A DNA stretch of 62,546 nt, the filler included, from Stramenopiles sp. TOSAG23-6 (taxonomy: Eukaryota): NCBI GenBank assembly GCA_900128565.1. It is 6 parts of 6 records of this genome, joined end to end, with 100 filler letters (N's around TTAATTAATTAA, not from the genome) between each part and the next. Parts side by side here need not be neighbours in the genome. Positions count along the whole stretch, not along the records: positions 48,918 to 61,041 come from LT636219.1; positions 61,142 to 62,546 come from LT639101.1; 4 more parts are not named here. One strand, 5' to 3'. Position 1 is the first letter of the stretch; each line of letters opens with the position of its first letter. Both the position numbers and the translations under genes were made by a program. Under the pieces are notes generated by a model that saw only the letters and a list, made by a program, of their open reading frames with translations, searched no databases and was not told where the DNA came from. Positions 48,984-61,228 of this stretch are shown here, piece by piece.

Positions 48984-49316
48984 GGCCACTGTAAATGTGT
49001 TGCAGGGCGTAAAGGTAAAGATTGTTCTGAGTCAGAAATAAACACGAAATGTCCAAATGATTGTTCTTCACATGGGATATGTAGAAATCAAAATTGTTTT
49101 TGTTATAATGGTTTCACAGGGAAAAAGTGCAAAACATCTATTGCTCATATCGTGCATAATATAATGGAACAAAGTATCAACGAAACCAGAAATCCAAGAG
49201 CTATTTTTTTTGAAAACGTCAAATTTTATTTACGTTGTTTTGTATGCGTTGGTATTTCATGCTTTTGCGGTTTGTGGGCACGGCGAAAATGTAAAGGTAA
49301 ACGCTTTTTATGGTAG
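48984..49316 (+). CDS. Last exon of a tenascin-type EGF-repeat membrane protein
   Basis: CPNDCSSHGICRNQNCFCYNGFTGKKC and a C-terminal hydrophobic segment. Confidence 0.75.
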   Translation, partial: GHCKCVAGRKGKDCSESEINTKCPNDCSSHGICRNQNCFCYNGFTGKKCKTSIAHIVHNIMEQSINETRNPRAIFFENVKFYLRCFVCVGISCFCGLWARRKCKGKRFLW

Positions 49317-49436
49317 TGTTGATGCTAGATACTCTCAATGATGTTTTATTTATTAAACTAAATTAAATTATTTTTTCGTTCTTTTTCCTTGTATATAGAG
49401 CGGAGTACCTCCTACACTTGATGATTTAAAATTAAA

Positions 49437-51377
49437 TTATTTTTTCGTTCTTTTTCCTTGTATATAGAGCGGAGTACCTCCGACACTTGATGATTTAAAA
49501 GCAGTTTCCGCACAAGGGGTTAGTTTCATACCATCTTTAGTATCATGCATTTGAGTTGATCTAATCGGGGATACTTTGAATTTAATTCCTTTTGCTTGAA
49601 TATCGGGTCTAACCCAGTTAAGATGTGGTACAGCAATAACATTTTCAATAGTATACAATATCTCATTACTACAAATATCTTCAGCTACATCCTTTTCTAC
49701 CTTATCATTCATTATTTTTGAACTTTGATGTACAATATATACAATTGGTAGAGCAAGGCGAGCGGGTAGGGGCATTTGTATATATTTCAATTCTGGCCAC
49801 ATTTTTTTAAGTTTACTCCATACATTTGGAGACATTCGACGAACTACAGTTGACATATTTATATGTTTTACATCAATGTCTCTTCTATTTATACTTGACA
49901 TATTTATATCTTTTCCATCAATGTCTCTTCTATTTATACTATTACTATTCATTTCAATACAAAATTTTCTATCCCATACTATAGGTTTATCCAAGTGAAT
50001 CGTTTGTTGCTGAAAAGAAATTAGAGATGGAGTTTTTGACTGAGGTTGTCGCACCATAAGAACAGTACAACCTGAGCGAGACCACGGAATTATGACACAA
50101 CCACAACCTCCAAAAGTACGAATAAAACCTTTATTTCCATTACCTTTTCGTAAATTGTTTGTACTTGATACAATAATTTCATATAAACGTTTAAGAAATT
50201 TTCTATTCGGTGGGTATTCCAAACCACCACAAGCTACCAAAAGTCGACTTAAAGCTTGGTAGTAGATGCTATTACTTTTTATACCATCGCATAAAAATGA
50301 AGGTAAATGTATCAAAGAATATCCTAAATGATCATCCATCATTACTGAAGATGATAAAATTTTATCTACCTTGAAATCTATATATTGCTGGTGGCAATCC
50401 ATACGCTTCATCATTGCGATAACATCCTCTGTAAGGAGATCATTTCCTTTGTTAGACATTGATAATCGACAAGCTCTAATACGCGGACGATCATATAACA
50501 TATTTGTGTTGGAAGGATCTTCGACCCAGCTGTGATTTTGTTCAACCATTGTAGCTACTAGTCGATTATGTGAGACATTTAGAAAAGGTCGAAGCAACAC
50601 AACAGAGTTTTGAGACAAAGAAGCATCAAACGGAGGCATTTGATGAGGATTATGTAACCAAGAAGCAATTTTCATTCCAGAAAGACCGCCAAGACCAGAA
50701 GATTTTACCATACGTTGGATAAAAGTTTCTATTTGATCGTCAGCATGGTGGCCTAGAAGTAAGTGCTGTACCTTAAATGTTTGACACATTTCTAATAGTA
50801 ACCGACGTCTTTCTTTCCTCGCCATTGAGTGAATTTTACTTTGAGTTGGCTTGCCACCGATACGATCCCATAGTATCTCACTTGACTGTACCACGAATCC
50901 CAATGGTTCTAACCATTCAAAAACTTTCTGAACTTCAGATTGACTTTCAGGACGGAGGTTGTGATTGACGGTAAAAGCATAAAGTTGAATACGCGAAGGA
51001 GAGCGTTTAGTTGAATTAATTACCCCACTCCGATATTTAACCCATTTTGCAAGAGTAGCACATACGGCTAGTGAGTCTACCCCGCCTGAAACAGCAATAC
51101 CAATACGTTGAGGTAGGTCAACGTTCAACATATGTTGATTGTTTTGTCGACGAAAGTTCTTATGTCCATAACATTTATGCGTTGGTTCACGATGGGCAGC
51201 GACCAAATTTTTAATTTTTGCCGCTTCTTTAAACGCATCCAATAAATACGCATCCGCTTCAGTGACGGATATGGGTGAATTAGACTTAACCATGGTGGAT
51301 GCTTCACACACACCACACTGGCCACGACGCTGATTACGAGGTATCTGAAGACACAATTTAAATAGAGTTCTCCTCAT
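49437..51377 (-). CDS. tilS: tRNA(Ile)-lysidine synthase, probably organelle-targeted
   Basis: IAVSGGVDSLA, VNHNLRPES, LLGHHADDQIETF, LLRPFL, WVEDPSN. Confidence 0.9.
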   Translation of the reverse strand: MRRTLFKLCLQIPRNQRRGQCGVCEASTMVKSNSPISVTEADAYLLDAFKEAAKIKNLVAAHREPTHKCYGHKNFRRQNNQHMLNVDLPQRIGIAVSGGVDSLAVCATLAKWVKYRSGVINSTKRSPSRIQLYAFTVNHNLRPESQSEVQKVFEWLEPLGFVVQSSEILWDRIGGKPTQSKIHSMARKERRRLLLEMCQTFKVQHLLLGHHADDQIETFIQRMVKSSGLGGLSGMKIASWLHNPHQMPPFDASLSQNSVVLLRPFLNVSHNRLVATMVEQNHSWVEDPSNTNMLYDRPRIRACRLSMSNKGNDLLTEDVIAMMKRMDCHQQYIDFKVDKILSSSVMMDDHLGYSLIHLPSFLCDGIKSNSIYYQALSRLLVACGGLEYPPNRKFLKRLYEIIVSSTNNLRKGNGNKGFIRTFGGCGCVIIPWSRSGCTVLMVRQPQSKTPSLISFQQQTIHLDKPIVWDRKFCIEMNSNSINRRDIDGKDINMSSINRRDIDVKHINMSTVVRRMSPNVWSKLKKMWPELKYIQMPLPARLALPIVYIVHQSSKIMNDKVEKDVAEDICSNEILYTIENVIAVPHLNWVRPDIQAKGIKFKVSPIRSTQMHDTKDGMKLTPCAETAFKSSSVGGTPLYIQGKRTKK

Positions 51378-51671
51378 GAAGAAGAAATGTCCTAAGAGCA
51401 AGCTTACACTCAAGACACAATAGAAAGTCGGAAACTAAACTTCATTACATGCTTAAGTACATTATATTCATTTATGATTTATTCCACCAAAATGAATGTA
51501 GATTTTAGTTCAAGCGTGGAAAGTTTATTTTTTGAGTTTACTCTGTAGTAGTGACTGTATGTATAGGTCTATCGGTAGTCTCCGGCAAGCGCCCTCAAAT
51601 TTCGAAAAATTGACACGTGTTTTTGTGGACCCTCTCTATCTACTGCTATTACTAGGGTTAGGGCTAAAATA

Positions 51672-52967
51672 TCACAACATAGCTCTCTGGCGTTCTCTAT
51701 TGATACTTCTTTTTCTGAGTGAATTATATACCATTTTAGAAATGACTACATCCTGGACAGCCACACCTGAAGTATCAAAAATTGTAATATTTGCAGCAGT
51801 ATTTTTTGGTTTTGTATTTTTTTGCAGATTAGGGTTAGGGTTAGGTGTATTTTTTTGACATGCCAAGAGAATTGACCCAATTTCTTTTACTCTCGATATG
51901 TTGACCTTACCTGACTGTATCGCATGTTGAAATTCACCACGTTCCGCCGTTTGTTTCACACAATCTGTGACTAACAAATATTGTGAAAAAATATTTTTTT
52001 TTTTGGTAAAAAAAAATCGTTAGGTACAAAATTTCGTACGAAAAAAATTAGGAAAAAAATTAATGATAAAAACGTATATATCTGCTGCACATACTAATTC
52101 CACGTCTAATTCTTGTTTTCCTGGAGAATCAGCACCAATTGCGTTTATAAGCACTGGTGTTTTTCTATACTTAAACCATTCAGCGAAAAGAATGTAAGTA
52201 TGAAAAAATATATTTTTTTTTAGTTTACAAAAATTCGTTAGGTACAAAATTTACTATGAAAAAATAAATTTAAAATTCATGATGAAAACGTACATGGGCT
52301 CTCTAGACGGAGTCACACATATAATAACATCTGCCTCTGTAGCTATTACCTTTGGATGTAGAACAATTTCCACATCCCAGCCTTCATTATTCAGCTCAGT
52401 TTGAAACAAAAGAGCTGATGCACGAGTTTTAGAATAGCACAAAACTTTCTTACAGGTAGTGACACTTTGTAATAAGCGAAGTTGCCACCTAGCTTGAATT
52501 CCCGCCCCAATCACACCAATTGCTCTGATATATTGAGGTGCAAACAATTGTGTAGAAAGCGCTCCTGCTGCAGCTGTTCTAATTTCTGTAAGAATACCTT
52601 CATCAAATAAAATAGCTTCTAGTTTCCCACTCGTTTGACTAAAGATCAACATCAACCCCGTATTAGGAGAACCTAGTTTTCGTCTAGGATTCAAAGTAAA
52701 CCCACCCGAAGCTACTTTAGTGACATAAAATTCCCCACCATCAATATAACCTGATTTTACGCAAGTACTAGAATTTGGTGAATCGGACGATTTGAAGGGA
52801 TGGAAAGGTGGAGAACCCATTGTTTGTATTGGTGGAATAGAACACTTTCCGGATGATAAAGCAATGAATCCCTCAGCAACATTATTGATGACAGTAGAGT
52901 GATCGGAAATGACACGTTCTATATCATCTAAATAGAAAAGCAAAGGTATTGATTTGGAAGTTAGCAT
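51672..52967 (-). CDS. Ornithine cyclodeaminase / mu-crystallin family; exons 52967-52294, 52191-52078, 51975-51672
   Basis: LTEIRTAAAG, IGAGIQARWQ, INAIGADSPGKQEL, FDTSGVAVQD. Confidence 0.9.
51976..52077 (-). mobile_element. Introner-like intron with ATACGT in place of the GT donor
   Basis: GATAT|ATACGT...core...CACAATATTT|G. Confidence 0.7.
52192..52293 (-). mobile_element. Introner-like intron, GT...AT
   Basis: Joins SREP-I-LFAEW. Confidence 0.88.
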
Positions 52968-53243
52968 TGTGACTTTGTGTTACACAATTAAGACGGATAC
53001 TGGAAAACTATAGTTGATTGAATCAGAAAGTTTATCCACAATTATATCCGCGTTGTCCATTGCGAAATAAAAATTAAATTAAGATTAGCACTTTTTTTAG
53101 GACGCTGAAATTTGACAGCGACATCATCATGAACATTGGTCAAATCACGATCGATGTTGTCATCCATCGTCGTCCTTGCACAGCGCTTGCAGAATCTATT
53201 CATCTAAAATACGAAAAATACCTTGGCTATAGTAGTTATAATA

Positions 53244-54062
53244 ATGAGTGTATTCCGTTCTTTCCATCGACATGATATTGATATATCTAGCTTTCATGAA
53301 GCAGCCTGTACGTGTAATATTGATGCTTTGCGTATCTTAAAAAAACATCGCAATCGTGTCTCAAAGACATATAGTCACCCACAATATCACAATCATAATA
53401 CAAGTCTTCTACATACAGCGGCAGCTGCAGGTCATCCTTCTTTGGTGGATTACCTTTGCCGAGAGTGCTTGGCCGATATAGAGTTGGGTGATACAAATGG
53501 TGACACGCCACTTCATTTAGCATCTAGATTAAATCATTATCCTGTTGTCAAAGTGTTGCTTAACTTTGGTGCGAACCCTCATTCTCGTAATAAATTCAAT
53601 GAGACGCCTCTAGATCTAACAAATGCTCACAGTGAAACTAATAGAGCTCTTCTTTCTTCCCTACAAGAAGATACATTTTACAACATAAATTTAGGAAATT
53701 TCAATTTAGGTAATTCGGGAAAAGCCATATTTATTCAAGCAACAGGATCGAACGAAATTTCAACAAAGACAACACAACCAAAAAGGAAAACAAAAATCCA
53801 ACAATTTCAACCTCATTATACTTGGCTCAATTCGACAAATAAAATAAAAAAAGGGACTGTTTCGACATGCACGGTGCCTAGGGTCTCTGGTCAAGTAAAA
53901 ACTTTGAAAAAGTTTAAAGTGGAAATTCCTGCTGGAGTTTCTGCTGGAAACTCATTTTTCGTACAATTTCCAAGTAATTGTTATGGGAATATAACAAAAA
54001 CAGTCATCGTTCCAACTGGTAAAAAATCTGGAGACCATATTTATGTTGAATCGTGGATCTGA
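53244..54062 (+). CDS. Ankyrin-repeat protein
   Basis: SLLHTAAAAGH, GDTPLHLASRLNH, GANPHSRNKFNETPLD. Confidence 0.88.
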   Translation: MSVFRSFHRHDIDISSFHEAACTCNIDALRILKKHRNRVSKTYSHPQYHNHNTSLLHTAAAAGHPSLVDYLCRECLADIELGDTNGDTPLHLASRLNHYPVVKVLLNFGANPHSRNKFNETPLDLTNAHSETNRALLSSLQEDTFYNINLGNFNLGNSGKAIFIQATGSNEISTKTTQPKRKTKIQQFQPHYTWLNSTNKIKKGTVSTCTVPRVSGQVKTLKKFKVEIPAGVSAGNSFFVQFPSNCYGNITKTVIVPTGKKSGDHIYVESWI

Positions 54063-54304
54063 GATTCAGCCAAAAACGTATTGATTTGTAAGTAACATCT
54101 GCTTTACTACCATAAATGATAAATTAGTATTTCGTTATTTTAAGGTTTTTTATGGTTCTTTAAGGAAAAACACGAAATCCTAATACTCCTTTATTATTGA
54201 AACCGAAAGAAGTTCCGTTTCTCCGACGAAAGACATACGGTACCCGTGGGTACACAGAGTCAAGTTACTGGTCCATTGAACGCAACGGAATTTTTCGGAA
54301 TACA

Positions 54305-57300
54305 ATGCGTGTTTCTTTGGTAATAGTATCATGTTTGATCATCATGGCACACGCTAAAATGATGAACCATAAAGACAAACAAGCGATAAAGGATCAGCAA
54401 AAACAAGATTTGGCAGACGCAAAAAAAATACAAGAAGAATTTAAAAAAGCACAAGAGAAAAAAGCAGCTGATGCGAAGGCGGACGATAAAAAGAAACTAG
54501 AGGACGATAAGGCTAAAAAGACGGCGGAAAGCGAAAAACGTCGGAATGACATGGAAGCTATATTTAATACAATGAAAGATAAGAATACTAAAGAGGAAAC
54601 TGCAAAAAAAGGACTTGCTGACGACTTTAAGGCTTGCAAAAAGTCCATTAAACAGTGTGAAGATGATTTAAAAGCCAAAATGAAGCAAGATACTGGTAAA
54701 AGCGACATGAGTGATGCAACTTTTAGACGATATCTAAATAATGCTGCCGAACGTGCTTCTGCTACAGAATTGTCCAACAACCAAGGTAAATCATTCGAAG
54801 AACAATCAGACGCATTTAAAATAAAGTTAAAAGAATCAGGTGGTAAGGATTTGACTGATGAATTTGAAACCAGAGAACTAATGATAAAGGCCTCTAAAGA
54901 TGCAGGGGCATTAAAATTCAAGGATTGTAAAAAGAATGGAAACGATGAAAAAACATGTCGAAACGAAGCATTGACTGAAATGCAAAAAACTCACGTTTCA
55001 GGAAGTAAAACGGAAGATATGGCTGACGTCTTTAAGGCTTTAAGACGACAAGCCGATAAGGATGTTGCGGAATCACTTGAAAACACTAGCGGCTTAACTA
55101 AATTAGAACGCATTGAAGTTGCAAAAGAGGCTATATCTGGTGCGGAGGGTAAAAATATTAAGGATATCACAATGTCTGAAGCACTAGCCGCGATTGAAAG
55201 GGGAACGGAAAATGCGACATTGGGTGAGTTTTATGAGTGTATGAACGAAAAAATAAAAACTAAAAAACAATGTACTGCTTTAGCAAAAACCAAAGCACAA
55301 AAGGCTGGTGGAGAATCAAGTTATACTGACCTTGAGGTACAGGAATTTATGAAAAAGGGAATGAGAAACAAGGTTAATGAAGCAGTGAAAGCATCAGAAA
55401 CTACTGACGGTAGTGTTACAAAAGAGAACTTGGAAGAAAGAATAAAAGGAGAACTGAAAATTTTTCTTGGTGCAGACCCTACACATACGCAAATTCGTCA
55501 ATTCAAAAAAGAGGCAGGGAAAAAGGAGTCTACTGAAGTTATGGACGCTTGTATGGAAGCAGAAAACAATCGTGCGAATTGTAAAAGAAGGGCCACATCA
55601 GACTTAAATAAGTATGTTGCATCAACCCAGGAAGTGGGTAGAGCTTTTCTCGATGGCGCATCATCCGCGGCTTTAAGTTCTCAGTACGTTTTCTTCATGA
55701 ATTTTAAATTTATTAATTTTTGTACCAAAATTTCGTAAGATTGTTTTTAACCAATATCAAATGTAAAACATATTTTTTCACAATATATGCGAAATTGTAT
55801 GACATTAGCAGCAGGAGATACAGATGAACAGAAAATATGCCGAATTTTGTTCCGAGACGAACTCCAAAAGAGAAGGGGAAAAGACTCCCTCACTGTGTAT
55901 GAGATCGAAGAGGCAATAGTGTCTGCTGCAGAGCAAGATGTGAAAGAGTCTCTTGAAGCATATGTAGAAACTGAACAAAATCCGACAGTTGCTGGAAGTA
56001 GAAAAAATGTGAAGGATCGCCTTGCATTAACTCTTGGTCGTACAGTAACTGATGAATTTGCAGAATTTTACAGAAAGCAAAGTTCCCTGGTCGCTGCTGC
56101 AGATACACTTGGTCCTTGCATGGAAAATGCAAAAAACAAATCTGGTACAGAACTAACAAACCTTGAGAATACATGTATTACGCAGGCAAAAGATGCGGTG
56201 AGAAGGGCTCGTGGTGATAAGACTGCACCAAGTACAGTAGCATTACAAAAACTGATACAAGAAGCTGTTGAAGTTGAAACCGCAAAAGTGAAAGCTTCAT
56301 GTGGAGAAGATGAAAATGCTAACTGTAAGGGAAAAGAAGCCCGGCAGGAATTCGCAAACCAAGCCGCCAAAACGAAAGGAAAAGCTAGCATGACGGAGAA
56401 AGATTATTTGAAAGACCTAGTAAAAGGTAGTCATGTATCTTTTATTTTTTTCCAATTTCGAATTTATTTTTAGTACGAAATTTTGTACCTAACAAATTTT
56501 AGTTTTTTTTTTAAATATTTTTCCAAAATATATCGTTTGGTCAGTGATATTATCTCACAATGTCAAGAGGGAAATGAAGCTGATGGGGAAGCAGTTGATT
56601 GTACTGCAGGTCTCAAAGAGCATATGGGTAACTTGGGTGAAGATGCAACTGACAAGATGGCAACGCAAAGTGTCCAGCAATCTGCACCATATTGTGTTGA
56701 CGAAAAAATGAAAGTATGTGAGTCTCTTAGCAATTCACAATGTAATTCAAAACCAAACATAAAGAAGCATACTCAAATATGTTTAGGTAAGAATAAAGAC
56801 GATCCAGCTCTTGACGATGACACTGTACGTTTTCAAAATTGAATTTCGAATTGTTTTTGTACCAAATTTTGTACCTAACAAACTTTTACTAAAAATAATA
56901 TTTTTACAAAATACATGAAAGAATGATAAAAGAAGTTACTGCCATCGCTATGGAAGTCCTTATCAGTGGTTTTGAATATGAAAGCAGGCGTCGCTTAAAA
57001 AAAACTCCATCGGCTAAACGTCAAGAAAAAGAAAATGCTTTTAAATTGTCAACTGGGAAGACAGTTGGAGCTAATGGTGAAAATATCGGTTCGTACCAAA
57101 GCGCACATGACCGCGTCCTTGCTGCGGAAGCTGCAAGAGACGCAATGGCAAGAGCCAGGATGAGTGTTGAAGATGGTGGCTCGTCGGAGTCAACGGATGA
57201 AGAAAAAGAAGAAATGGCTCTTTTAGCCGAAAACGCTGTGGGTAAAACAAATAAATCAGATGTAAAGAAGCCTGAAGATGCTACAAATATGGAAAGGGAA

Positions 57301-58596
57301 CTCTTGAAAGGTGCTAAATATATTGCAAAGGGAGCGTATTATGCATGCATAAAAGTTTCCCCAAAGCCTGATATGAAAGACTGTCTGAGTCCCGTCGAAG
57401 ATGTTGCTTCGAAAAAACTTATGACTAACAATCGTAAATGGATCCCAAGACGTGAAGCAAAACAATCAATTGTTAAAGACACGTTCAAAAATTGCATGAG
57501 CAGAAAAGGCGCTGCGACAGCTTCAAGTGAACAACGACAAAAAGACTTAATTTTTTGTCAGGCGGAGATGGAAACAACTCGAGGCAGCCTCAAAGATTCA
57601 AAAGATCCAGAAGAGACAAAAACCTCACCAAAGGCCCTTGTTTATCTCACATGGATGGATGAACTTAGACTTGCCAGAGAAGCATATATAAATTTGAAAT
57701 CTGATGGGGATATAACTGGTACGGCTCTGGAAACGAAGTTGACAAATTTTATGGCTGATGGCAAGAAAAAGGCAGAAGAGCTTGGTGCTCAACCAGGTAA
57801 ATTTGTTACAATGTTGCGAACTTTGGCAAAGGAAAGTCACATTGACATTTCTTCCAACTGTATAACGAGTCAAAATAAGTCAACAAAAGAAGAGTGCTTC
57901 AATTTGGGTAAAGCAGAATTTGAGGCCATCTCCCCAGGTACATTAACTGAAGAACTCGAAAAGAAACTAAAAGACTTGGGAAACGCAAAGGCTGATGGCA
58001 GAACTATATCTCTTGAAACTCCAGAGGAAATTGAAACAATAATATCAATGAGCACAAGTGAAGATAAGGCAAAAGCAAAAGTCGATGATATTAAAAGTGA
58101 AATTTCAAAAACTGTTGGAGGAAACCCTGCAGACTCTACATGCGAGACAGTGAAACATTCATCTGATACAAATAAATCGACGGTTATCTGCTATACAAAA
58201 CTTACAGGTAAAACTGAGGATGAAGTTGACGAGCTCGCTATAAAAGTAAGTGATGCAATTAAAAAAAGTCGTCGTCGTAATTTATGGACAACAGATCGCC
58301 GTTTGACGGTTGCTGATGTTTCATCTTGCGAATCATCTGCATCTTATAAGTTCTCCGCTGATAAAAAGATTTTAGACGATACAGATGAGTCTAAAACAAA
58401 ATACTGGATTATTGGAGTCGTTGTTGGTGTGGTAATCGTTCTTGGTGCTATTGCTGCTTTCATTTTTTATAAAAAAAAGAATGGAGGCAAAAAGCGTAGG
58501 AAAACAGTCCCTCATACTGATGTAGGGGCCACAAATGGGAACAATACTTCATCGCCTGATACCTTCACTACGCCTACGACAGTGGTTACGTTATGA
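54305..58596 (+). CDS. Type I membrane protein with Cys-pair helical repeats; exons 54305-55683, 55789-56434, 56534-56824, 56917-58596
   Basis: Signal peptide MRVSLVIVSCLIIMAHA and TM WIIGVVVGVVIVLGAIAAFIFY. Frames join across three GT-AT introns. Confidence 0.8.
55684..55788 (+). mobile_element. Introner-like intron, GT...AT
   Basis: CA|GTACGT...CACAATATAT|G. Confidence 0.8.
56435..56533 (+). mobile_element. Introner-like intron, GT...AT
   Basis: CAT|GTATCT...CCAAAATATAT|CGT. Confidence 0.85.
56825..56916 (+). mobile_element. Introner-like intron, GT...AT
   Basis: ACT|GTACGT...CAAAATACAT|GAA. Confidence 0.85.
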
Positions 58597-58661
58597 AAAA
58601 ATTATACATATTGTATATTTAAATGTATATTAAAATTTGAAATTACATATGATGGATATTT

Positions 58662-59997
58662 TTATGTAAAATCGTTTAATCCGAATACCTTGTTTACTTT
58701 TTCGTGTTCATCAAGTTCTGTATTTGCCGTGAGAAGCATTTTAGATATCTGCGTTGCTAAGTTGTGAATATGAGCTCCATGGTCTTCCAATGTTTTCTGT
58801 AGTTCTAATATTGCGCTACGTGCAGCTTCAGATGCAACATGTTCTGTTTTTTCTAATGCTGCAGATTCTTTTAAAATCATTGCATCAATTTCAGAATCTG
58901 TGATACTCTTGTTGTTTCTTTCGATATCATCTTCATCTAATGGAACAATTTCACCAATTGCATTCACAATCACAGAAGCACCAACGTCTCTGTGTGTCGT
59001 CCCTAATTCTTTAATTTCTTGTGCTATAGCTGATGCCTTAGATTGCAGTAGTGCGTGATGTATTTTGTAAAAATATTTCAAAAAAAAATCGTTAGGTACA
59101 AAATTACGTACGAAAAAAAAATCGAATTTGAAAAAAAATAAAACATACATGCTCTTCAGCATCGAACGCCGCTTTAGTTGCATCATTTAAAGCATTCTTT
59201 TCATCTTGGAGTTTATCGACAAGATCTTCTACTTTATCCTCTAATTTTTCATCCAAGTTCTCACATTTTTTACGCGCAAGAACCACTTTTTGAAATTTTT
59301 CTTTTAAATTGGACATTTGGTTTTCATGTTTTTCATTCAATTTTTTAATTTCATCCTCCGCCTGCGCTGCGGTGACGTCACAAGTCGGGCACCTTTCGCT
59401 CCCTGGAAGACATGCGTCTTCACAACAATGACAACCTTTTGGTACTTGTTGAAGTTTCTTTGGGAAAAAACTTTCTGAGAATCGTTTCCCCCCGCCACAA
59501 GCACAGCAAGCATCTGCTGCGGTTTTCCCGTCTTTATTTATAAAGTCTAAATATTGCGCACAAGAGCGTGCTCGCGAATATGCTTTCTCTGCACTTGGAT
59601 CTTCACGCATGACATTGTGTAGCGTTTTCAAGTTATCCAATGGAAAATAAAAATAACAACCTACTCCATCACTATCCCTCCAATTATTGAGGTTTCGACA
59701 AGAACCATCATATATTGGGTGTTGTTGAAGTTGCCGTAAGTGACCTTTTACAAATGGAATTTTTGACTTTAGACCTCCACCACAAGAGCAACAAGCCTGT
59801 TTCCCAGATGTACCATTAACCTGATAATCTTCGGCCTTGTCACACCTATCAGTAGAATATTCATGGCAGGGGAAACCTTCTTTATCACTCCAACCATGCT
59901 GATCAAAACATTCTTCTTTCAAGACGCTCCATTGATCTGCTAAACAAGTTCGCACTGAAACTTGAATTAAAACAATAACGATCAGTTGTTCGATCAT
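58662..59997 (-). CDS. Secreted protein with two Cys-rich (W.D..G..C...ACC.CGGG) repeats and a coiled coil; exons 59997-59149, 59057-58662
   Basis: Signal peptide, repeats, and a frame join across the intron. Confidence 0.75.
59058..59148 (-). mobile_element. Introner-like intron, GT...AT
   Basis: CAT|GTATGT...CAAAATACAT|CAC. Confidence 0.88.
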
Positions 59998-60267
59998 TTT
60001 TAAATTAAAAGCTTGAATGACTTAACTTGACAAAGCAAATTTTCTTCTCTTGGCTTTTCCAACTAAGCAAGTGCCAATATAATAATAGGTAGCTTGTGTA
60101 AGTTGTAAGGATATAAAAAATTTAATTCCGTTGATGTGTATAAGTGTAACTGTGTGATTGTGTGTGTGGGTGGCTAAATATATCAAAGCAGGTTTGCGCA
60201 TATTTCTGCAATCTTTCAACTTGTAAATATATTTTGGAAAAATAAAATTTGAAAATTGAATTTTTAT

Positions 60268-60957
60268 TCACTTGAAAGTTTTACTACGGTCTCTAGGTAT
60301 AGCCGTTGCATGAGGGCTCAATTTACGAGTTTTTCTTGAATCTTGTCTTTTACCTCTACCACGACCTCTACCTCTACCTCTACCACGACCTCTACCACGA
60401 CCTCTACCAGTTTGCCTTAAGTAAGGATTATGAAGTGACCTATTCCGAAATTTAGCATTCATAGAGGCTTTCTTACTACTACCATTATAATCAAATGGGG
60501 TAATGACAGTATTGTCTTGAATGGGTGAATTTGTTTTTGTTTTTTTTGTTTTTTTTGTTTTATGTTTTGAAAATTTCTTTGACTTTTCAAATTTTTCAAC
60601 TGAATTATTAGTATCATCACCAGAACCTTCATTATTTGTGATATGATTTGTTTCAACTGAATTATTAGTATCATCACTAGAACCTTCATTATTTGTGACA
60701 TGATTTGTTAATGAGGAAATACTACTCGATAAATCCAAGTCCCAATCATTATTTGGCAAACTGCCATTTTTTTTTGACTTTTTTGACTTTTTATTTGTAC
60801 TTCTCAGTGTCAAATCTATATTTCGTTTTTTCCCACGATTTCGTGTTCTATTCTTCAGCGTGACACCACGTTCATACATAGATTTAGGTAGAGAATGAAC
60901 AGTATCTTCCTCTTCATTCGGGTTAGAATTAGACATTTCAATTTTTTCAGGAGAAAC
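60268..60957 (-). CDS. Last exon of a low-complexity basic protein with an (RG)n tract
   Basis: ORF begins at the repeat's AT end; contains GRGRGRGRG. Confidence 0.6.
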   Translation of the reverse strand, partial: VSPEKIEMSNSNPNEEEDTVHSLPKSMYERGVTLKNRTRNRGKKRNIDLTLRSTNKKSKKSKKNGSLPNNDWDLDLSSSISSLTNHVTNNEGSSDDTNNSVETNHITNNEGSGDDTNNSVEKFEKSKKFSKHKTKKTKKTKTNSPIQDNTVITPFDYNGSSKKASMNAKFRNRSLHNPYLRQTGRGRGRGRGRGRGRGRGRGKRQDSRKTRKLSPHATAIPRDRSKTFK

Positions 60958-61041
60958 ATGTATTTTGGAAAAATATTTCAAAAAACAATCGTTAGGTACA
61001 AAATTTCGTACGAAAAAAATAAATTCGAAATTGAAAAAAAA
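60958..61041 (-). mobile_element. Introner-like intron cut by contig end
   Basis: Family core plus CCAAAATACAT. Confidence 0.8.
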
Positions 61042-61141
61042 NNNNNNNNNNNNNNNNNNNNNNNNNNNNNNNNNNNNNNNNNNNNTTAATTAATTAANNN
61101 NNNNNNNNNNNNNNNNNNNNNNNNNNNNNNNNNNNNNNNNN
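61042..61141. other. Artificial contig linker
   Basis: N-TTAATTAATTAA-N. Confidence 0.97.
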
Positions 61142-61228
61142 TTGGGAAAATATTTAAAAATTTTGATTTTTTTTGTTAGGTATGAAATTTTGCATGAAAA
61201 AAAAATGAAATTGAAGTGGATAACGCAC

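Noticed and set aside
49437-51377. TilS, TrmH, TruA and OCD as bacterial contamination or recent transfer
   Set aside because: They sit on contigs with intron-bearing eukaryotic genes, OCD itself has family introns, and organellar TilS is known in eukaryotes.
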